NCBI GenBank assembly: GCA_964016885.1
Contig: OZ024748.1
Location: 26,598,001-26,662,000, forward strand
Length of the DNA stretch: 64,000 bases
Reading direction: 5' to 3'
Origin: Eledone cirrhosa
Lineage: Eukaryota
Shown: piece after piece, positions 53,430 to 64,000 of the stretch
Layout of the letters: each line of letters opens with the position of its first letter
Position numbering within the stretch: the first letter of the stretch is position 1
The notes under the pieces: model-generated
The model's database searches: none
Told to the model about the DNA's origin: nothing
What the model saw: the letters and a program-made list of their open reading frames with translations, nothing else
Made by a program: the position numbers and the translations under genes

Positions 53430-55262
53430 TGTCTATGTATCTGTGTATGTGTATGTGTGTGGTGTATGTGTGTGTGGTGTATGTGTGTGGTGTATGTGTG
53501 TGGTGTATGTGTGTGTGTGGTGTATGTGTGTGGTGTATGTGTGTGTGGTGTATGTGTGTGGTGTATGTGTGTGGTGTATGTGTGTGCATGTGCATATGTG
53601 TAGGAGGGAGCAATGCTCTTTTTATTTATATAGATATATATATATATAGTTTTATATATATGTATATATATATATAGTTTTATATATATGTATATATACT
53701 GTGTATGTGTATGTCTGTCTATATAGTGTATATGTGTATATATATATATATAGTTTTATATATATGTATATATACTGTGTATGTGTATGTCTGTGTCTAT
53801 ATAGTGTATATGTGTATATATATATATAGTTTTATATATATGTATATATACTGTGTATGTCTGTGTCTATATAGTGTATATGTGTATATATATATATAGT
53901 TTTATATATATGTATATATACTGTGTATGTCTGTGTCTATATAGTGTATATGTGTATATATATATATAGTTTTATATATATGTATATATACTGTGTATGT
54001 CTGTGTCTATATAGTGTATGTGTGTATATATATATATAGTTTTATATATATGTATATATACTGTGTATGTCTGTGTCTATATAGTGTATATGTGTATATA
54101 TATATATATATAGTTTTATATATATGTATATATATACTGTGTATGTGTATGTCTGTGTCTATATAGTGTATATGTGTGTATATGTGTATGTATGTGTGCA
54201 TATTTGTGTGTGTGTATCTGTGTGGTGTGTATATGTAGTGTGTGTTGGGGGAGGGGGATATACACTTACTTTACATGGATATATACAGTGTGTAAATACC
54301 AATCCAACAGCCTAAGCCTTTATACAGGTGGACGACCTACTAGAAATAGTAACTAAACACCAACAGTAGTAGCAACACCACCACCACTACCATCAACAAA
54401 CACCAACACCACCATCAACACCAACACCACCAATAACAGTAACATCAACCACGACACCAACCACAACAACACCAACCAGAATACTAACACTACCGGCACT
54501 ACCAACACCACCAACAACCACACCATCACCACCACTACACCACCACCACTACCACTATGACCACCACCGTCAACAACCCCACCACCACTACTACCACCAC
54601 CACCAACAACACTACCACCACCACCACCACCATCAACAACACTATCATCACCACCACTACCACTACGACCACCACCATCAACAACACTACGACTACCACC
54701 AACAACACTACCACCACCACTGCCACTACCACCACCACCATCAACAACCCCACCATCACCACTACCACCACCACTACATCACTACCAACAGCAACACTAC
54801 CACCACCAACAGCAACACTACCACCAGCACCAACAACAACACCACCACCAACAACCCCACCACCACCACCACCATCAACAACACCACTACCACCACCACC
54901 ACCACCACTACATCACCACCACCAACAGCAACACTACCACCAGCACCAACAACCCCACCACCACCAACAACCCCACCACCACCACACCATCAACACCACC
55001 ACTACCCCCCCCCCCCCCCCCACCACCACCATCAACAACACCACTACCATTACCACCAACAACCCCACCACCACCACCACCAACAACAACAACCCCACCA
55101 CCACCCCCACCAACCTCCCCCCCCCAACAACACCCCCCACCCCCACCACCACCACCACCAAGAACAACCCCACCACCACCACCACCACCAACAACAACCC
55201 CACCACCACCACCACCACCACCACCACCACCACCACCACCACCACCACCACCACCACCACTA
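53430..55262. repeat. Compound low-complexity tracts: TG-rich, about 60-bp TA-rich unit (53640-54180), (ACC/AAC)n
   Basis: Directly visible. Confidence 0.9.
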
Positions 55263-55526
55263 CCTGTAGCAACAGCAGCAACCAAGGAGATCAGTAGAGC
55301 CAAGTTCAAAAAGAGAGCCAAGCCTGATGGATCTGTAACAGTCAAGTGTACATATTACTTCAAGATATCATGTTTCTAGAGCTGTTGCTCAGGTGAAAGA
55401 CAGGTCAGTTTTAGACAAGGTAACACTTTAATAAATTTTTTTAGAAGGGGTAGGGTAGGGGGCTGTGTTAATGGGGGTAGTGGTGTAGCTAGGGTGGTGG
55501 TGTTCTTGATGGCAGGTTTCAGTATT

Positions 55527-58500
55527 GTGTGTGTATATATATATGTTGTTGTTGTGCAACTTTGTGTGTATATATATATGCTGTTGTTGTGCAACTTTGT
55601 GTGTATATATATATATATGCTGTTGTTGTGCAACTTTGTGTGTATATATATATGTTGTTGTTGTGCAACTTTGTGTGTATATATATATGCTGTTGTTGTG
55701 CAACTTTGTGTGTATATATATATGTTGTTGTTGTGCAACTTTGTGTGTATATATATATATATGCTGTTGTTGTGCAACTTTGTGTGTATATATATATGTT
55801 GTTGTTGTGCAACTTTGTGTGTATATATATATGCTGTTGTTGTGCAACTTTGTGTGTATATATATATGTTGTTGTTGTGCAACTTTGTGTGTATATATAT
55901 ATATATGCTGTTGTTGTGCAACTTTGTGTGTATATATATATGTTGTTGTTGTGCAACTTTGTGTGTATATATATATGCTGTTGTTGTGCAACTTTGTGTG
56001 TATATATATATGCTGTTGTTGTGCAACTTTGTGTGTATATATATATGTTGTTGTTGTGCAACTTTGTGTGTATATATATATGCTGTTGTTGTGCAACTTT
56101 GTGTGTATATATATATGTTGTTGTTGTGCAACTTTGTGTGTATATATATATGCTGTTGTTGTGCAACTTTGTGTGTATATATATATATATGCTGTTGTTG
56201 TGCAACTTTGTGTGTATATATATATGCTGTTGTTGTGCAACTTTGTGTGTATATATATATGCTGTTGTTGTGCAACTTTGTGTGTATATATATATATATG
56301 CTGTTGTTGTGCAACTTTGTGTGTATATATATATGCTGTTGTTGTGCAACTTTGTGTGTATATATATATGCTGTTGTTGTGCAACTTTGTGTGTATATAT
56401 ATATGTTGTTGTTGTGCAACTTTGTGTGTATATATATATGCTGTTGTTGTGCAACTTTGTGTGTATATATATATGTTGTTGTTGTGCAACTTTGTGTGTA
56501 TATATATATGCTGTTGTTGTGCAACTTTGTGTGTATATATATATGCTGTTGTTGTGCAACTTTGTGTGTATATATATATGCTGTTGTTGTGCAACTTTGT
56601 GTGTATATATATATGCTGTTGTTGTGCAACTTTGTGTGTATATATATATATATGCTGTTGTTGTGCAACTTTGTGTGTATATATATATGCTGTTGTTGTG
56701 CAACTTTGTGTGTATATATATATGTTGTTGTTGTGCAACTTTGTGTGTATATATATATGCTGTTGTTGTGCAACTTTGTGTGTATATATATATATATGCT
56801 GTTGTTGTGCAACTTTGTGTGTATATATATATGCTGTTGTTGTGCAACTTTGTGTGTATATATATATGCTGTTGTTGTGCAACTTTGTGTGTATATATAT
56901 ATATATGCTGTTGTTGTGCAACTTTGTGTGTATATATATATGCTGTTGTTGTGCAACTTTGTGTGTATATATATATGCTGTTGTTGTGCAACTTTGTGTG
57001 TATATATATATGTTGTTGTTGTGCAACTTTGTGTGTATATATATATATATGCTGTTGTTGTGCAACTTTGTGTGTATATATATATGTTGTTGTTGTGCAA
57101 CTTTGTGTGTATATATCTATATATGCTGTTGTTGTGCAACTTTGTGTGTATATATATATATATGCTGTTGTTGTGCAACTTTGTGTGTATATATATATGT
57201 TGTTGTGCAACTTTGTGTGTATATATATATATGCTGTTGTTGTGCAACTTTGTGTGTATATATATGTTGTTGTTGTGCAACTTTGTGTGTATATATATAT
57301 ATATGCTGTTGTTGTGCAACTTTGTGTGTATATATATATGTTGTTGTTGTGCAACTTTGTGTGTATATATCTATATATGCTGTTGTTGTGCAACTTTGTG
57401 TGTATATATATATATATGCTGTTGTTGTGCAACTTTGTGTGTATATATATATATATATATGCTGTTGTTGTGCAACTTTGTGTGTATATATATATGCTGT
57501 TGTTGTGCAACTTTGTGTGTATATATATATATGCTGTTGTTGTGCAACTTTGTGTGTATATATATATGCTGTTGTTGTGCAACTTTGTGTGTATATATAT
57601 ATGTTGTTGTTGTGCAACTTTGTGTGTATATATATATGTTGTTGTTGTGCAACTTTGTGTGTATATATATATATATGCTGTTGTTGTGCAACTTTGTGTG
57701 TATATATATATATATGCTGTTGTTGTGCAACTTTGTGTGTATATATATATGTTGTTGTTGTGCAACTTTGTGTGTATATATATATGCTGTTGTTGTGCAA
57801 CTTTGTGTGTATATATATATATATGCTGTTGTTGTGCAACTTTGTGTGTATATATATATATGCTGTTGTTGTGCAACTTTGTGTGTATATATATATGTTG
57901 TTGTTGTGCAACTTTGTGTGTATATATATATATGCTGTTGTTGTGCAACTTTGTGTGTATATATATATGTTGTTGTTGTACAACTTGGTGTGTATATATA
58001 TATATATGCTGTTGTTGTGCAACTTTGTGTGTATATATATATGCTGTTGTTGTGCAACTTTGTGTGTATATATATATGCTGTTGTTGTGCAACTTTGTGT
58101 GTATATATATATATATGCTGTTGTTGTGCAACTTTGTGTGTATATATATATATGCTGTTGTTGTGCAACTTTGTGTGTATATATATATGTTGTTGTTGTG
58201 CAACTTTGTGTGTATATATATATATATGCTGTTGTTGTGCAACTTTGTGTGTATATATATATATGCTGTTGTTGTGCAACTTTGTGTGTATATATATATG
58301 CTGTTGTTGTGCAACTTTGTGTGTATATATATATGCTGTTGTTGTGCAACTTTGTGTGTGTATATATATGCTGTTGTTGTGCAACTTTGTGTGTATATAT
58401 ATATGTTGTTGTTGTGCAACTTTGTGTGTATATATATATGCTGTTGTTGTGCAACTTTGTGTGTATATATATATGTTGTTGTTGTGCAACTTTGTGTGTA

Positions 58501-61500
58501 TATATATATGCTGTTGTTGTGCAACTTTGTGTGTATATATATATATATGCTGTTGTTGTGCAACTTTGTGTGTATATATATATGCTGTTGTTGTGCAACT
58601 TTGTGTGTATATATATATGCTGTTGTTGTGCAACTTTGTGTGTATATATATATATGCTGTTGTTGTGCAACTTTGTGTGTATATATATATGCTGTTGTTG
58701 TGCAACTTTGTGTGTATATATATATGCTGTTGTTGTGCAACTTTGTGTGTATATATATATGTTGTTGTTGTGCAACTTTGTGTGTATATATATATGCTGT
58801 TGTTGTGCAACTTTGTGTGTATATATATATGTTGTTGTTGTGCAACTTTGTGTGTATATATATATGCTGTTGTTGTGCAACTTTGTGTGTATATATATAT
58901 ATATGCTGTTGTTGTGCAACTTTGTGTGTATATATATATGCTGTTGTTGTGCAACTTTGTGTGTATATATATATGCTGTTGTTGTGCAACTTTGTGTGTA
59001 TATATATATATATGCTGTTGTTGTGCAACTTTGTGTGTATATATATATGCTGTTGTTGTGCAACTTTGTGTGTATATATATATGTTGTTGTTGTGCAACT
59101 TTGTGTGTATATATATATGCTGTTGTTGTGCAACTTTGTGTGTATATATATATATATGCTGTTGTTGTGCAACTTTGTGTGTATATATATATGCTGTTGT
59201 TGTGCAACTTTGTGTGTATATATATATGCTGTTGTTGTGCAACTTTGTGTGTATATATATATATATGCTGTTGTTGTGCAACTTTGTGTGTATATATATA
59301 TGCTGTTGTTGTGCAACTTTGTGTGTATATATATATGCTGTTGTTGTGCAACTTTGTGTGTATATATATATGTTGTTGTTGTGCAACTTTGTGTGTATAT
59401 ATATATATATGCTGTTGTTGTGCAACTTTGTGTGTATATATATATGTTGTTGTTGTGCAACTTTGTGTGTATATATCTATATATGCTGTTGTTGTGCAAC
59501 TTTGTGTGTATATATATATATATGCTGTTGTTGTGCAACTTTGTGTGTATATATATATGTTGTTGTGCAACTTTGTGTGTATATATATATATGCTGTTGT
59601 TGTGCAACTTTGTGTGTATATATATGTTGTTGTTGTGCAACTTTGTGTGTATATATATATATATGCTGTTGTTGTGCAACTTTGTGTGTATATATATATG
59701 TTGTTGTTGTGCAACTTTGTGTGTATATATCTATATATGCTGTTGTTGTGCAACTTTGTGTGTATATATATATATATGCTGTTGTTGTGCAACTTTGTGT
59801 GTATATATATATATATATGCTGTTGTTGTGCAACTTTGTGTGTATATATATATGCTGTTGTTGTGCAACTTTGTGTGTATATATATATATGCTGTTGTTG
59901 TGCAACTTTGTGTGTATATATATATGCTGTTGTTGTGCAACTTTGTGTGTATATATATATGTTGTTGTTGTGCAACTTTGTGTGTATATATATATGTTGT
60001 TGTTGTGCAACTTTGTGTGTATATATATATATATGCTGTTGTTGTGCAACTTTGTGTGTATATATATATATATGCTGTTGTTGTGCAACTTTGTGTGTAT
60101 ATATATATATATGCTGTTGTTGTGCAACTTTGTGTGTATATATATATGCTGTTGTTGTGCAACTTTGTGTGTATATATATATATATGCTGTTGTTATGCA
60201 ACTTTGTGTGTATATATATATGCTGTTGTTGTGCAACTTTGTGTGTATATATATATGCTGTTATTGTGCAACTTTGTGTGTATATATATATATATGCTGT
60301 TGTTGTGCAACTTTGTGTGTATATATATATGCTGTTGTTATGCAACTTTGTGTGTATATATATATGTTGTTGTTGTGCAACTTTGTGTGTATATATATAT
60401 ATATATGCTGTTGTTATGCAACTTTGTGTGTATATATATATGCTGTTGTTGTGCAACTTTGTGTGTATATATATATGCTGTTGTTGTGCAACTTTGTGTG
60501 TATATATATATGTTGTTGTTGTGCAACTTTGTGTGTATATATATATATATGCTGTTGTTGTGCAACTTTGTGTGTATATATATATGCTGTTGTTGTGCAA
60601 CTTTGTGTGTATATATATATGCTGTTGTTGTGCAACTTTGTGTGTATATATATATGCTGTTGTTGTGCAACTTTGCGTGTGTATATATATATATGCTGTT
60701 GTTGTGCAACTTTGTGTGTATATATATATGCTGTTGTTGTGCAACTTTGTGTGTATATATATATGTTGTTGTTGTGCAACTTTGTATATATATATATATG
60801 CTGTTGTTGTGCAACTTTGTGTGTATATATATATGCTGTTGTTGTGCAACTTTGTGTGTATATATATATGTTGTTGTTGTGCAACTTTGTGTGTATATAT
60901 ATATGCTGTTGTTGTGCAACTTTGTGTGTATATATATGTTGTTGTTGTGCAACTTTGTGTGTATATATATATATATGCTGTTGTTGTGCAACTTTGTGTG
61001 TATATATATATGTTGTTGTTGTGCAACTTTGTGTGTATATATATATGCTGTTGTTGTGCAACTTTGTGTGTATATATATATGTTGTTGTTGTGCAACTTT
61101 GTGTGTATATATATATATATATGCTGTTGTTGTGCAACTTTGTGTGTATATATATATGCTGTTGTTGTGCAACTTTGTGTGTATATATATATGCTGTTGT
61201 TGTGCAACTTTGTGTGTATATATATATGTTGTTGTTGTGCAACTTTGTGTGTATATATATATGCTGTTGTTGTGCAACTTTGTGTGTATATATATATGTT
61301 GTTGTTGTGCAACTTTGTGTGTATATATATATGCTGTTGTTGTGCAACTTTGTGTGTATATATATATATATGCTGTTGTTGTGCAACTTTGTGTGTATAT
61401 ATATATATATGCTGTTGTTGTGCAACTTTGTGTGTATATATATATGTTGTTGTTGTGCAACTTTGTGTGTATATATATATATGCTGTTGTTGTGCAACTT

Positions 61501-62182
61501 TGTGTGTATATATATATGCTGTTGTTGTGCAACTTTGTGTGTATATATATATGCTGTTGTTGTGCAACTTTGTGTGTATATATATATATATGCTGTTGTT
61601 GTGCAACTTTGTGTGTATATATATATATATGCTGTTGTTGTGCAACTTTGTGTGTATATATATATGCTGTTGTTGTGCAACTTTGTGTGTATATATATAT
61701 ATATATATGCTGTTGTTGTGCAACTTTGTGTGTATATATATATATATGCTGTTGTTGTGCAACTTTGTGTGTATATATATATGTTGTTGTGCAACTTTGT
61801 GTGTATATATATATATATGCTGTTGTTGTGCAACTTTGTGTGTGTATATATATGCTGTTGTTGTGCAACTTTGTGTGTATATATATATATATGCTGTTGT
61901 TGTGCAACTTTGTGTGTATATATATATGCTGTTGTTGTGCAACTTTGTGTGTATATATATATATATATGCTGTTGTTGTGCAACTTTGTGTGTATATATA
62001 TATATATGCTGTTGTTGTGCAACTTTGTGTGTGTATATATATGCTGTTGTTGTGCAACTTTGTGTGTATATATATATATATGCTGTTGTTGTGCAACTTT
62101 GTGTGTATATATATATATGCTGTTGTTGTGCAACTTTGTGTGTATATATATATGCTGTTGTTGTGCAACTTTGTGTGTGTAT
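55527..62182. repeat. 6.6-kb minisatellite, about 35-bp unit G(C/T)TGTTGTTGTGCAACTTTGTGTG(TA)nT
   Basis: Roughly 180 copies with variable (TA)n. It lacks stop codons in the plus frames, hence the >2000-aa pseudo-ORFs. Confidence 0.97.
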
Positions 62183-62242
62183 GTAGAAGACCTGCCTTCC
62201 CATGGGCACAGGCTAAAGCCTGAAGCACACATACATACAACT

Positions 62243-62540
62243 GGACAAGGTCAGCTTTTATCACCTCGACCCAAGTCTTCCTGGGTCTCCCAACTCCACG
62301 GCTTCCATTGACTCTGAGTGCTCTGCAATTTTTTATACAGCTGCCAACCTTCATACGCATTACATGGCCATACCAACGTAATCTCCTCTCTTGCACACAG
62401 TATTTGATTCCTCTTATGCCTAGTTTCTCTCTCAGTATGTTTATGTATTGCTGTTCACGTATATTTACTATTACACATCCATTGGAGCATGCAGTCTTCT
62501 GCACACAGTGCAAAATTACTGTTTGTATGCACGCATTCAT
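62243..62540 (-). mobile_element. RTE LINE fragment (same family as 46910)
   Basis: REKLGIRGIKYCVQERRLRWYGHVMRMK...GRPRKTWVEVIKADL. Confidence 0.85.
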
Positions 62541-63290
62541 ACATACATAAATACATAAGTGATTAAATGCTTTAAACACTCTTTGATTGTCATTTACATT
62601 GTATTTCAGTTCTGTAGTATACTTGTTATTTTAAATTGAGCTATTTACATACTTGTAACTGGGTAATATTTATTATTGTCCACATTACATATATATTTTT
62701 ATATAGCTGCAATTATTACATAAATACATATATATTCTTTCAGTCATTCATACTGACTAATTCACACACATATACTCATACACACACTAGATGTGTGTCA
62801 AATATATGACAACCTCCCCAGTGCTGGTGCCAAGATAAAATGCACCAAATGCACTTTGTAGAGCGCAATATAAGTGGCTCAACTTAAGTACTAATCTGGT
62901 CTGTGATGATCAATCAAAACCTAGCTAGCAGGGAAAATAGAGATTAAATCGTGATAATGTTGATGGTGATACTCTCGCCCCCACCCCACATACATGCATC
63001 ACAAAACTCTCCGAAAATGTTTAGGACTGATGAAGTGACATGAAAATTCCCCAAAGCTCACCTAACCCTTTACCAAATACCAAATATTGTTGTATAATGT
63101 GTAGGTAGAGTTATGGAATTTATATGAGTCTTGTAACCTATGCTAACTTGTTCAATGTTATGTGTACAGTATGAAAGCAATATAATTAAGACTACTTACA
63201 GATTAATGGCCGACTCATTTTTCCCCATTTCTTCCTCTTCTCAACCTTTGGAAGACTAGTGTCCGAAACGTTAAGACTCTTTTCCTATTA

Positions 63291-63355
63291 AGGGCGGTGG
63301 ATTGGCAGTATCAGTAGAACGTTGGACCCCATGCTTCGCAGCATCGAGTTATGTC
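63291..63355 (+). mobile_element. SINE family A head only
   Basis: GGGCGGTGGATTGGCAGTATCAGTAG...CCATGCTT. Confidence 0.65.
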
Positions 63356-64000
63356 ACCTTTTCTAGCACCTTCCCAAGAATTTGGGTGGGCAGTGCTCTC
63401 TCTGATAGGGCTGCTCAGACACAGGCATCTCCACCAGAGTTAGCCCCTGTCACAGGAAGACATAACAATGATGTTATGATAAGACCCTTGCCACCTATGT
63501 GTAGATTTGCAACTATATACTTCCAACTGGTCAGGTCTGCACAGGTCACCACTCCTCCATTGCCATAGGACTTTCAGCTGTAAAAATGACAGATGAGAAG
63601 ATCCCAAAAGAGACATCTGTACCTCATTGGATTATAGTGGCAGATGCTTGTACTACAGGAACACCACTCTCTAAGTTTCAGTGATTATTGTCTGGTGACA
63701 GGCCTAAGCCAGATGACCTGTAATCACATCAACCACAGGTTTTATTTCAGTTTCCCCTCTTTTAGAAAGATACTGTAACAACTCGGGGTCCTTCACTCCC
63801 AGTGGATTTTCATTTTACCCATCTGCAGGCCACCACACCCATAAATGAGTTACAATGATTTGCTGACTCTTACATAAATGTAGACCAGGGACTCAATCCC
63901 ATTTGAAAGTCAAAAAAAAAAAAAGATTTAAAAAAGGTTTAAAAGGTTTTTAAACATTAAAAATTTTTTTGTTATCAAATATGTATATATAGGTACACAG

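Noticed and set aside
55376-62579. Giant ORFs up to 2260 aa on both strands
   Set aside because: Open in several frames only because the tandem unit lacks stop codons. The translations are periodic with no domain content.
63356-63900. Non-repetitive, moderately GC-rich stretch that might be an exon
   Set aside because: No sustained ORF or recognisable motif. Probably an old TE relic, but unsupported.

Overview
AT-rich, microsatellite-dense eukaryotic DNA. The repeat content looks molluscan, probably octopus/cephalopod (inference from the SINE/LINE types, not proven). No host gene exon could be supported. The window is a mosaic of transposon relics and tandem arrays. Non-LTR relics: RTE with a PHD finger, R4/Dong-like with RLE endonuclease, CRE-like, Tx1/L1-like, CR1-like and Penelope-like. 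Also present are about 15 copies of one tRNA-derived SINE, a second tRNA-headed SINE with an RTE tail, hAT, piggyBac and Tc1/mariner MITEs, a Helitron-like element, several fold-back palindromes and at least 9 minisatellite arrays (27-56 bp units), several seeded from transposon ends. The most notable observation is a frameshifted RAG1/Transib-like transposase fossil on the minus strand at about 5.7-6.5 kb. Degenerate hammerhead ribozyme motifs lie at about 16.6, 16.9 and 63.2 kb. All the very long ORFs in the track are artefacts of stop-free tandem repeats.
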